Source: an uncultured Anaerolineales bacterium
GTDB taxonomy: Bacteria; Chloroflexota; Anaerolineae; Anaerolineales; UBA11858
Reading direction: 5' to 3'
Assembly (NCBI GenBank): GCA_964419495.1
Contig: CAYQQX010000006.1
Location: 486-64,485 of the forward strand
Length of the DNA: 64,000 bases
Positions 18,248 to 26,833 of this stretch are shown here, one piece after another. Both the position numbers and the translations under genes were made by a program. Below the pieces are notes generated by a model that did no database searches, was not told the origin of the DNA, and saw only the letters and a list, made by a program, of their open reading frames with translations. Within the stretch, counting starts at the first letter, position 1, and the number at the start of each line of letters is the position of its first letter.

Positions 18248-19147
18248 GTGAAACATCAGGAATTCGTTACCACATCTCGCGGATTGCGCTGGGATTCGCC
18301 CCCGATGCGCTTATATGAGAAAGCCAAAAAGTTAGGTATCTGGAACCCCAGCGATATTAATTTTGAGAAAGATAAAACTGATTGGGGTGGTTTGACTGGC
18401 GAGGAACGAGATCTGATCTTGAGACTCACGGTCATGTTTCAAGCTGGTGAGGAAGCAGTCACGCTGGATCTACTCCCGTTGATCATGGTGATTGCTAAAG
18501 AAGGCCGTCTCGAGGAAGAACTTTTCCTCACGACTTTCCTCTTTGAAGAGGCCAAGCATACCGAATTTTTCAGACGTTTTCTTGATCAGGTCACTGGGCA
18601 CGATGGGGATTTGGGGCATTATCACACAGAGAACTACGAAGAAGTTTTTTATCATGCGCTGCCAGAGGCGTTAAGCAACCTTGAAAATGACTCATCCCCT
18701 TTAGCCCAGGTCAGAGCCTCGGTGACCTATAACATGATCGTCGAGGGGGTGCTGGCTGAGACAGGTTATCATGCCTTCTACACCATGTTGGAAGAGAATG
18801 ATTTGATGCCTGGACTGCGTCGAGGGATTGGCTTGCTCAAACAGGATGAATCCCGCCACATTGCATATGGTATCTTCTTGCTTTCGCGCCTGGTTGCCGC
18901 GGACGACACTCTTTGGGAGCCGTTGGAGAACACCATGAATGCGCTGCTGGTCCCGGCGGTGGGTGTGATTGGAGATGCATTTGCTTGCTATGATCCGGTT
19001 CCCTTTGGCTTGGTGGAAGATGTCTTCATGGAATATGCCATGGATCAGTTCAGCAAGAGGTTTGCCCGCTTGGAGAAAGCCCGCGGCTCGACCTTAGAAG
19101 AGATCGAACATGTTACTCGCGATGTGATTGAAAAAGATGATGGCTAA
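18248..19147 (+). CDS. R2-like ligand-binding oxidase (ferritin-like Mn/Fe protein, RNR-R2 superfamily)
   Basis: Metal ligands are E (FQAGEEAV), ExxH (EEAKHTEF), E (IVEGVLAETG) and ExxH (DESRHIAYG). The N-terminus W.SPP.RLY...WNPSDINFEKDKTDW resembles Mtb Rv0233-type R2lox. Length is 299 aa, and no RNR alpha subunit gene is adjacent. Confidence 0.75.
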   Translation: MKHQEFVTTSRGLRWDSPPMRLYEKAKKLGIWNPSDINFEKDKTDWGGLTGEERDLILRLTVMFQAGEEAVTLDLLPLIMVIAKEGRLEEELFLTTFLFEEAKHTEFFRRFLDQVTGHDGDLGHYHTENYEEVFYHALPEALSNLENDSSPLAQVRASVTYNMIVEGVLAETGYHAFYTMLEENDLMPGLRRGIGLLKQDESRHIAYGIFLLSRLVAADDTLWEPLENTMNALLVPAVGVIGDAFACYDPVPFGLVEDVFMEYAMDQFSKRFARLEKARGSTLEEIEHVTRDVIEKDDG

Positions 19148-19179
19148 AGGTAACTGATAGCCATTATTATGGAGGATAG

Positions 19180-20787
19180 ATGAAAGAAGTTTACGATTAT
19201 GTGGTGATTGGCTCTGGATTTGGGGGCAGCGTCTCAGCCATGCGTCTGGCGGAGAAAGGGTATTCGGTTTTGGTTTTGGAGCGTGGCAAGCGCTATGAAG
19301 ATGAAGATTTGCCCAAGACAAACTGGAATATCTTTAAGTTTCTGTGGCTGCCGGCACTGCGCTGCTTCGGTTTCTTCGAGATGACTTTTCTAAACGGGCT
19401 GCTGGCCTTGCATGGCAGCGGCGTTGGCGGTGGCAGCCTGACCTATGCCAATGTGTTGATGGAGCCGGACGAGCGTATGTTCCAGGCCCCAGGCTGGCAT
19501 CATTTAGCGGATTGGCAGACAGTTCTTGCTCCTCACTATAAAACTGCCCGTCATATGCTTGGTGTGGCTACCAATCCTAAACTGTGGTTTTCCGATGAGA
19601 AGATGAAAGAAATCGCTGATGAATTGGGGTATGGAGATACATTTATTCCCACCGAGGTTGGCGTTTTCTTTTCGGAACCCGAGATGGAGGGGGTAACTGT
19701 CCCCGACCCCTATTTTGGTGGTGATGGTCCTGAGCGGGCTGGATGCACTCATTGTGGGGGATGTATGGTTGGCTGCCGGGAAAATGCCAAAAATACGCTT
19801 TTGAAGAATTACCTGTACTTTGCCGAAAAGTGGGGCGCAGAGATCTTCCCTGAAGTCAAAGTCAGCGATATACGACCACTTTCCGAAGAACAAACTGACG
19901 GCGCTAATTTCGAGATTGAAATTCGCAGTTCAACGGCCTGGTTTGTGAAACCTGCCGGTCAGGTGCGCGCTCGAAATGTGGTCGTTTCGGCGGGATCATT
20001 GGGTACGTTGGAGTTGCTACTAAAGTGTCGCGATCAATCCAAATCGCTGCCTGATCTATCCCCTCGATTGGGAGATCACGTGCGTACCAACAGTGAAAAC
20101 ATCTTAGGGGTGACCACGCGCGACAAACATATTGATCACTCCCAAGGAATTGCCATAACATCCATTTTCCAAGCCGACGATGTCACTCGCGTGGAGCCGG
20201 TACGTTATTCGGATGGTTCATCATTTATCCGCACCCTGACGATGCCCTTAGTAGATGGCGAATCGAATATCATGGGCCAGTTCCTGAAAACATTTTGGGA
20301 GATCATTCGTCACCCCATTGATTTTCTGTACGCCAAGTTCTTTTCTCGTTGGGCGAAATTCACAACAATTTTGCTGGTGATGCAGGTTACGGAGAATCTT
20401 ACTCACGTGCGCTTAGGGAGAAATTTCTTCACTTTTTTTCGTAAAGGCGTTGTGCTTCAAGAAGATAAGGATAAACCTATCCCGCGCCAACTCCCTATAG
20501 GCAATAGTGTCACGCGCGCTTTGGCAGAAAAGGCTAACGGAATATCTCAAGCAGCTTTCACCGATAGCTTGTTTAATTTCCCCACTACGGCGCACTTTAT
20601 GGGTGGTGTTCCCTTTGGGCAGGATGATCAAGAAGGGGTGATCGGATTGGACTGTCAGGTGCACAATTACCCTGGGCTTTATGTGGTTGATGGCTCGATG
20701 ATGCCGGCCAACCCCGGTGTGAATCCCAGCTTGACGATCACGGCTTTGGCAGAATATGCCATGAGCCAGGTGCCAGAAAAGCGATAG
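19180..20787 (+). CDS. GMC-family FAD oxidoreductase (cholesterol-oxidase / long-chain-alcohol-oxidase-like)
   Basis: N-terminal DYVVIGSGFGGSVSAMRLAEKGYSVLVLERG (FAD GxGxxG). The C-terminus reads HFMGGVPFG...VVDGSMMPANPGVNPSLTITALAE. Confidence 0.85.
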   Translation: MKEVYDYVVIGSGFGGSVSAMRLAEKGYSVLVLERGKRYEDEDLPKTNWNIFKFLWLPALRCFGFFEMTFLNGLLALHGSGVGGGSLTYANVLMEPDERMFQAPGWHHLADWQTVLAPHYKTARHMLGVATNPKLWFSDEKMKEIADELGYGDTFIPTEVGVFFSEPEMEGVTVPDPYFGGDGPERAGCTHCGGCMVGCRENAKNTLLKNYLYFAEKWGAEIFPEVKVSDIRPLSEEQTDGANFEIEIRSSTAWFVKPAGQVRARNVVVSAGSLGTLELLLKCRDQSKSLPDLSPRLGDHVRTNSENILGVTTRDKHIDHSQGIAITSIFQADDVTRVEPVRYSDGSSFIRTLTMPLVDGESNIMGQFLKTFWEIIRHPIDFLYAKFFSRWAKFTTILLVMQVTENLTHVRLGRNFFTFFRKGVVLQEDKDKPIPRQLPIGNSVTRALAEKANGISQAAFTDSLFNFPTTAHFMGGVPFGQDDQEGVIGLDCQVHNYPGLYVVDGSMMPANPGVNPSLTITALAEYAMSQVPEKR

Positions 20788-20845
20788 CTCACTTCGACAT
20801 ATCTTCGAACGCAAAGCAGGCTGTTAACCATTTGAACGTGAGCGT

Positions 20846-20872
20846 GCAACTTGCAACTTGTAACTTGTTAAC
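20846..20872. repeat. 7-nt tandem repeat (GCAACTT)n in the convergent intergenic region
   Basis: gcaactt gcaactt gtaactt gttaac. The same heptamer array occurs inside a CDS at 30533..30564. Confidence 0.8.
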
Positions 20873-21308
20873 GTCCCATAACCAGCAGCGTTTCCCCCTC
20901 TTTACGCAAAATTTCGATAATACTCGAAAGCTTGGAGACGCGCTGAAAATATCTGGGCATCTCATCGAATTCCAGGGCGCGAAAACCGAATTTTTCATAG
21001 AGTGAACCAAGTGCTGAACGGCACATCAGGTACAGGGGTCCCTGTTTGGAAGCAACGAGCTCTTCGATGATGCCACGCGCCACCCCCCGGCCTCGCCAAG
21101 TATGATCCACTGCAATAGATGCTAATTCATGTGAACCATCGCGATGAGGCTTAATCTGACCACATCCAATGACCTTTCCATGTTCGTCAATTGCTACAAT
21201 GAAGCGCTTCCAATCTAAACCAGTAGGGTTGATATGGCCGGCAATTACCAAAGATCGAATGCGGGGAATATCAGCAGCAGTCGCAGGTCTAAGAGAAAAA
21301 AGTTTCAT
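20868..21308 (-). CDS. GNAT-family N-acetyltransferase
   Basis: GCGQIKPHRDGSHELASIAVDHTWRGRGVARGIIEEL is GNAT motif A. Length is 146 aa. Confidence 0.85.
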   Translation of the reverse strand: MKLFSLRPATAADIPRIRSLVIAGHINPTGLDWKRFIVAIDEHGKVIGCGQIKPHRDGSHELASIAVDHTWRGRGVARGIIEELVASKQGPLYLMCRSALGSLYEKFGFRALEFDEMPRYFQRVSKLSSIIEILRKEGETLLVMGR

Positions 21309-21327
21309 TTGAGTCGTAATATAATAA

Positions 21328-21386
21328 CCGCAGATGAACTCTGATTTTATCGATTCTTATCTGCGTTTATCTGTGTGTTTCGGCAG
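21328..21386. repeat. second REP-like element of the CAGAT(G/A)AA family
   Basis: ccgcagatgaactctgat...ttatctgcgtttatctgtgtgtttcgg shares aaccgcagatgaa with 18143..18155. Confidence 0.5.
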
Positions 21387-21468
21387 TTTCGATTAACTGT
21401 TGAGTAAGAAAGGCATGCTATAATTTTGGATGCAATTCAGCGATTATACTGCATCCATGGAGGATAAA

Positions 21469-22641
21469 ATGACATCTGTTGGCCCAAATTTCACGCTTTC
21501 TGAAGAACACGAAATGCTTCGTATGGCGGCGCGCGATTTCGCTGAAAAAGAAATTTCCCCCATCGCTGCCGAGTTTGATGAAACGGGAGATTTCCCACTC
21601 GAGACCATCAAAAAGATGGGCGAGATGGGGTTTATGGGGATCGAGGTGCCAGAAGAGTATGGTGGGGCGGAGATGGATACGCTGTCATATGTGCTGGCGT
21701 TGGAAGAGATTTGTAAAGTTGATGCTTCGCACGGCACGATTATGTCAGTGAACAATTCCTTATTCAATTACGGCATACTCAAGTTTGGCACAGAAGAACA
21801 GAAACAAAAATTCCTTACTCCAGTAGCTTCAGGCGAAAAAATTGGTGCTTATTCGCTGACCGAGCCCATGTCGGGGTCTGATGCGGCCACCATGCGCAGC
21901 CGGGCAGTGCGGGATGGGGATGAGTATATTATCAATGGTCGCAAATCCTGGGTGACCAGCGGGCCGGTGGCTGATTTCATAGTGCTTTTCACCATGACCG
22001 ACCCCGAACAAGGGCACAAAGGGATCACTGCCTTTTTGATCGACGCTGAAAACGCTGGTTATTCACGGGGCAAGAAAGAGCCCAAATTGGGTATCCGTGC
22101 TTCATCCACCAGCGAGATTCTGTTTGAAGATTATCGTTGCTCAGTAGAAGATCGCCTGGGTGAAGAAGGCCAGGGTTTCAAAATTGCCATGACAGTCTTG
22201 GATGCCGGCCGCATCGGCATCGCCTCTCAGGGATTGGGTATCGCTGAGGCAGCCTATCAGGCCAGCATTGATTATGTCCGCGAACGTGAGGCATTTGGCA
22301 AGAAGATAGGTCAATTCCAGGGCACTTCTTTCAAACTGGCTGATATGAAAACGCGCATTGAAGCGTCGCGTTTGTTGATCTATCAGGCGGCTTTGGCCAA
22401 GGAAGAAAACAAGAAAACGGGCAAACGTTACACTTTGGAAGCGGCCATGGCAAAATTATTCGCTGCTGAAACGGCCATGTTCTGTGCCCATCATGCGGTA
22501 CAGATCCACGGCGGCATGGGGTACTCCAAGGAATACCCTGTGGAACGCTACTTCCGCGATGCCAAGATCACCGAGATATACGAAGGAACCAGCGAAATCC
22601 AACGCCTGGTGATCTCGCGTATGGAAACAGGATTGCGCTAA
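21469..22641 (+). CDS. acyl-CoA dehydrogenase (short/medium-chain type)
   Basis: GAYSLTEPMSGSDAA, a catalytic region ending YEGTSEIQRLVISR, and QIHGGMGY. ATG 21469 follows GGAGG. Confidence 0.94.
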   Translation: MTSVGPNFTLSEEHEMLRMAARDFAEKEISPIAAEFDETGDFPLETIKKMGEMGFMGIEVPEEYGGAEMDTLSYVLALEEICKVDASHGTIMSVNNSLFNYGILKFGTEEQKQKFLTPVASGEKIGAYSLTEPMSGSDAATMRSRAVRDGDEYIINGRKSWVTSGPVADFIVLFTMTDPEQGHKGITAFLIDAENAGYSRGKKEPKLGIRASSTSEILFEDYRCSVEDRLGEEGQGFKIAMTVLDAGRIGIASQGLGIAEAAYQASIDYVREREAFGKKIGQFQGTSFKLADMKTRIEASRLLIYQAALAKEENKKTGKRYTLEAAMAKLFAAETAMFCAHHAVQIHGGMGYSKEYPVERYFRDAKITEIYEGTSEIQRLVISRMETGLR

Positions 22642-22781
22642 ATATCAATCCATGAAACATGCTAAGGTCGGTCTGACCGAGCCGAACACGGCCGGGTACC
22701 CCAAGGGCATGCTTCGCGAAGACCGGTTCAAGCAATTATAGTTAGATACTAAAATCTCCCTTAAACGGGGGATGGGGAACT

Positions 22782-24935
22782 ATGGAAAACTTTGCACTCT
22801 GGATGCTTTTGCTGCCATTCGTAGTGGCGGCGCTTTGTTGGATTTGGCTGTTTTGGGCGCGCTTCAAAGGCTATGAGAAGGGCCTTAAGGAGCAGGAACC
22901 CCCTGAAGAAAAATCCAGCAGCACTGAAGGGGATGAATCGCAGACCCCTTGGTATATGTCTCTTTGGGGAGAAAAATGGCGATTAGCCCTGGTTGTTCTG
23001 CTTATCGTTGGCGCGCTCTACTTGATCCTTTTTGCTCCACCGCGTCTGGGGGGTGAAATTCCTATTCTTCCAAATCAAGCCGGAAGGCCTTTCTTCAGCC
23101 TGCATTGGCTGCGAGATTATCTGCATAAGAATGATAACCACGTTGGGCTGGCAATCTCATTAGCAGGAAGTATTTCCAGTCTGCTTGCCCTGGGGTGGGC
23201 GCAATTTCGAAAACAGCGCTACGTCGGTGAGGTCGCCCTGCTGATTGCGTCTCTGACCTTAGCCGGGATGGGCCAGTGGGTGCTCAGTTTTGAATCTCTG
23301 ACCATGGGGGCCTTGCTCTATGGTCTGGCAATTCTGGGATTCATCTCGTGGGCTGTGACAGCGCGCCAGCGACTGAAAACTGATCTGGAAACCACCCGGC
23401 AATGGCCTTCTCGCACGGAGTGGATCGTTTTAGCAGTCATCTTCGCCTTGGCTGCCTTCGGAAGGTTTTATACGCTGCCACATGTGCCCTATGGGGTCGA
23501 GGGAGATGAATCCAAATGGATCTATGAAGTGGTAGCCATGATGGTTGACGGTCATTATGACTCCAGTGGCGAGTACCATCGTGATGCACTGCCGGTGAGT
23601 TTTTACATGCAAGCGCCGTTCCAACGTCTTGGTGATATAGGCATCCTCTCTGCGCGCGTGGGGGTAGTGCTCTACAGCTTGTTGGGAACGCTGGCTTTTT
23701 ACTGGCTGCTGCGACAAATTGCGCCTCTCCCGCTGGCTGCCTTGGGGACATTTTTCTTGAGCATTTCGGTGATGGACATCAGCGCCAGCCGCCTGGCCAA
23801 CGTCGAGAGTCATGTCAAGCTATGGCCGATCCTGGCATTGGCGCTGTTGGCCCTGGCTTTGCACAAGCTGCGCTGGGAGATCTTCGCACTGAGTGGCATA
23901 TCGCTGGCTTTAGGTTTGCTGACCTATGACACTGTACTGCCCATTTTCCTGGCGATGTTTTTGCTCCTGATCATTGAACAAATTCAGCAGCGTGAAGGCT
24001 TGAAGAAAAGCATCACCAATTTGGCCGCTTTTCTGCTGCCCCCTTTGCTCACCATCCCACTGTTGGTGCCCTATTTTTCAAGCCGCCTGAGTTATTACAA
24101 GATCAACGAGAAGGGTTGGGATGGCGAGTGGTGGCTGACGCTCGGGGAGAACCTGGGAGAAGTCGTTCAATCGATATTCGTGGCAACGCGTTTTGATTTC
24201 ATTTACAACCGCCAGGGTCCTTTCTTCAATGCTGCTTTGCTACCTTTGCTGGCCTTCGGTTTGTTAATCGCAATTTCTACCTTGCGCCGCCGTGTTTCTC
24301 TGTGGCTGCTTCTGTGGGCGTTTTTGCTATGGATCCCTGTGCCCGTGCTGACCGCTTCGCCCTTTGGGCGCGTCTACTATCCCGGTGTGCCGGCCATGTA
24401 TGGGTTAATCGCTCTGGGTGGATTCATCCTGACCAAAGAGGTAGGACGCCTATTGGGATCGAACCTGCGATCTTTGGGCTGGATCGTCGGGGCCGCCCTT
24501 TTGGCGTGGTTGCCGCTTTATAACTTTTATCTATACTTCAACGGGGTTGGCGAACCCGCCGATCGGCAGATCCGCCGTGAGATTGGCGAATTAGCCCTGG
24601 ATGCTGCTGAAAATGATGCCCATCTCTTCATGCCCTATTGGCCCGGAGCCGATGAACCTTTGTCATATGAGTGGCAAATCGCTGAGCTGTATATGCGCCA
24701 GGAATTGGGTGCGGAAGAGGTTTATCAGACCTATACACAGATTCCGATTGAAGATTTCTTGCCCCATCTGGCAGAGCAATCCCAGCGCTGGGAGCGCGTG
24801 GATATTCTCCTTGATCAGGAGACATCATCTCAACGTGAACAATGGGATGCCCTGCGCGAGACACTCTTCCGCTGCTACCCTGGGGGCAGTTTCAAGGGAA
24901 GGCCATTTCTTCGATCGCTATCGTCTCGATGCTGA
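22782..24935 (+). CDS. GT-C-fold (GT39/ArnT/PMT-like) polytopic membrane glycosyltransferase, N-terminal reading frame
   Basis: More than 12 TM helices. The first-loop acidic motif is VPYGVEGDESKWIYE. The last 15 or so residues (KGRPFLRSLSSRC) look out of frame. Confidence 0.7.
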   Translation: MENFALWMLLLPFVVAALCWIWLFWARFKGYEKGLKEQEPPEEKSSSTEGDESQTPWYMSLWGEKWRLALVVLLIVGALYLILFAPPRLGGEIPILPNQAGRPFFSLHWLRDYLHKNDNHVGLAISLAGSISSLLALGWAQFRKQRYVGEVALLIASLTLAGMGQWVLSFESLTMGALLYGLAILGFISWAVTARQRLKTDLETTRQWPSRTEWIVLAVIFALAAFGRFYTLPHVPYGVEGDESKWIYEVVAMMVDGHYDSSGEYHRDALPVSFYMQAPFQRLGDIGILSARVGVVLYSLLGTLAFYWLLRQIAPLPLAALGTFFLSISVMDISASRLANVESHVKLWPILALALLALALHKLRWEIFALSGISLALGLLTYDTVLPIFLAMFLLLIIEQIQQREGLKKSITNLAAFLLPPLLTIPLLVPYFSSRLSYYKINEKGWDGEWWLTLGENLGEVVQSIFVATRFDFIYNRQGPFFNAALLPLLAFGLLIAISTLRRRVSLWLLLWAFLLWIPVPVLTASPFGRVYYPGVPAMYGLIALGGFILTKEVGRLLGSNLRSLGWIVGAALLAWLPLYNFYLYFNGVGEPADRQIRREIGELALDAAENDAHLFMPYWPGADEPLSYEWQIAELYMRQELGAEEVYQTYTQIPIEDFLPHLAEQSQRWERVDILLDQETSSQREQWDALRETLFRCYPGGSFKGRPFLRSLSSRC

Positions 24936-25692
24936 AGTGCTATCTCGGCCATCATGTGTTCCGGTTCGTCTACAGTTAGCGTATTCCGATGAAGAGAACC
25001 CTTCGCCAGAATTAGCCTGGCAATTGAGCGGTGGAACAACATCGTCACTGCGCGTAGCCTGTGAACAAGATCGTGAAGGAATCATCTGGATTGAGGCTGA
25101 AAAATTCTCCTGGGGTCCTGGATGGGGCGCTGACGTGGCTTTTGTCAGCGGGTGGGATGGAGAAGGATATCTGGTCGATAGTTATGGCAGCCAGGCCGCG
25201 CAATATCGCACAGATTTTCTCGTGGGGGAAAATGTTTATGCATGGATTAGATACTACAAGCGTGTGGTTGATGAATCGCCTGGATATCTACAGTTGATGG
25301 ATACAGCCTTGAACTTTGCAAATACGCCTGAAGAGAATACCAACCAATGGGTCTGGGAGCGCATCGGCCCATTTGCAGTTTTCGAAGGCGATCAGCTTTG
25401 GAGCATCACCCGCCCCTATGATCAAGTCCCATTAGGCTTTATGGCGCTTTTCATTGATAGTGTTGTCTTCACCACAGATGCAGATTTCTCCCCAACGGTG
25501 AGTGATTATCGACAAGTTGTCTATCAAGAGACATACCCGCTTGCCACCCCCGCCCAGCAGGGAATCGTCAATTTCAACCTGCCTTCAGGGCGCTATTTCT
25601 GCCGCTTGGGTGTCCAGTCTGATCAACCCCTGGTTGATGCTTATGGTCAGCCGGATGTGTGGTCTGAAGATCTGGAGATTGAGATTCCCTAG
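24895..25692 (+). CDS. C-terminal extracytoplasmic beta-rich domain of the same protein, in the +1 frame
   Basis: REGHFFDRYRLDAEVLSRP...WIEAEKFSWGPGWGADVAFVSGWDGEGYLVDSYG... looks like a lectin or CBM domain. The frame is open from 24601, but the upstream part overlaps the real frame. Confidence 0.6.
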   Translation, partial: REGHFFDRYRLDAEVLSRPSCVPVRLQLAYSDEENPSPELAWQLSGGTTSSLRVACEQDREGIIWIEAEKFSWGPGWGADVAFVSGWDGEGYLVDSYGSQAAQYRTDFLVGENVYAWIRYYKRVVDESPGYLQLMDTALNFANTPEENTNQWVWERIGPFAVFEGDQLWSITRPYDQVPLGFMALFIDSVVFTTDADFSPTVSDYRQVVYQETYPLATPAQQGIVNFNLPSGRYFCRLGVQSDQPLVDAYGQPDVWSEDLEIEIP

Positions 25693-25696
25693 TATT

Positions 25697-25764
25697 GTTT
25701 GTAGTGACGCACGCTAGTGCGTCATGTAGGTAATCTACGGGCACTCTCGTGCCCTACTACAAAC
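25697..25764. other. compact multi-hairpin (cloverleaf-shaped) intergenic element
   Basis: The outer stem gtttgtagt/actacaaac encloses three hairpins: gacgcac-gcta-gtgcgtc, gtag-gtaat-ctac and gggcac-tctc-gtgccc. Confidence 0.6.
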
Positions 25765-25785
25765 CGTATCAGTTATTGGAGTAAT

Positions 25786-26820
25786 ATGAAAGCAATCATC
25801 TTTCACGAACACTGTGGTCCTGAAGTTCTCCAATATTCTGACTTCCCCACACCCGAACCCGGACCGGGAGAAGTGTTAGTCAGGCTCAAAGCCGTGGCCC
25901 TGAATCGACTTGATTTATGGGTGCGTGAGGGCTGGCCGGGCATCAAGCTCGAATATCCTCATATCCCAGGCGCGGATGGCGCTGGAGAAGTTGCTACCTT
26001 AGGCGAGGGCGTTGAAAGTTAGAAAGTTGGAGATCGTGTTGTGATCAACTCCAATATGGGTTGCGGTGTGTGCGATTATTGCCGCAATGGCAAAGATAAT
26101 CTGTGCAACAAATGGCACTTATTAGGAGAAACCATCCGCGGTACCTATGCCGAATACGTGGTCGTTCCCGAACATCAACTGCACCCCTTGCCCGATAATT
26201 TTGATGCCGCCACCGCCGCGGCAGCCGCGCTGGTCTTTCACACGGCCTGGCATTCCCTGATCACTCGTGGGGGTTTGCGCATGGGCGAGAAAGTGTTGAT
26301 TGTGGGCGCTTCGGGTGGAGTCAACACTGCCTGCGTTCAGATTGCCAAATTCACTGGCGCGCTGGTTTACGTGATTGGTACCAACCCCGAGAAATTAGCT
26401 GTTGCCGAAAGGTTGGGCGCGGATTATTTGATCGACCGCAGTAAAGAAGAGAATTGGTCGAAGGCCATATACCGCATGACGGAGAGACGCGGCGTGGACG
26501 TGGTCGTTGATAATGTGGGAACGACTTTCCCTTTGAGTTTCCGCGCTGTTTGTAAAGGGGGGCGAATCCTAACGGTAGGCAATACTGGCGGACCCCAATT
26601 TGAGATCGATAACCGATATATATTTAGCAAGCATCTTTCATTAATCGGTTCGACCATGGGCACCAGGGTAGATTTTGCGACGGTGATGGATTTGGTCTTT
26701 GCTGGTAAACTCAGCGTTGCCATGGACAAAACCTTTCCATTGAAAGACGCCGCCGCCGCACAGTCTCGGCTAGAGAACGGGAAGCAATTGGGCAAGATAA
26801 CTCTAATGATTAGCGATTGA
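25786..26820 (+). pseudogene. zinc-dependent alcohol dehydrogenase / quinone oxidoreductase interrupted by an in-frame TAG (26020-26022)
   Basis: MKAIIFHEH...GADGAGEVATLGEGVES*KVGDRVVINSNMGCGVCDYCRNGKDNLC...VGASGGVNT. Both halves are in one frame. The stop sits where homologues usually have W, F or L before KVGDRV. Confidence 0.7.
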
Positions 26821-26833
26821 TGATTGAAGATCG

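Noticed and set aside
22642-22781. GC-rich intergenic segment (ggtcggtctgaccgagccgaacacggccgggtacccc...) as a riboswitch or sRNA
   Set aside because: Only short, ambiguous pairings (5-8 bp) could be drawn. No recognisable conserved motif is present, so it is left unannotated.
24601-24894. First 98 aa of ORF 24601..25692
   Set aside because: This part overlaps the well-supported GT-C frame and gives implausible sequence. Only the part after the frameshift point looks protein-like.
25697-25764. Cloverleaf element as a tRNA or tRNA pseudogene
   Set aside because: The loops are only 4-5 nt. There is no GG D-loop, no TTCRA T-loop and no 7-nt anticodon loop, and the stem lengths are wrong.
15978-26022. 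Possibility that TAG is recoded (pyrrolysine or a sense codon), because two in-frame TAGs occur at 16176 and 26020
   Set aside because: TAG terminates many conserved genes here at their expected C-termini (rnhA, cysS, tuf, rpmG, secE, rplA). No pyl genes are seen. Nonsense mutation or base-call error is the simpler explanation.
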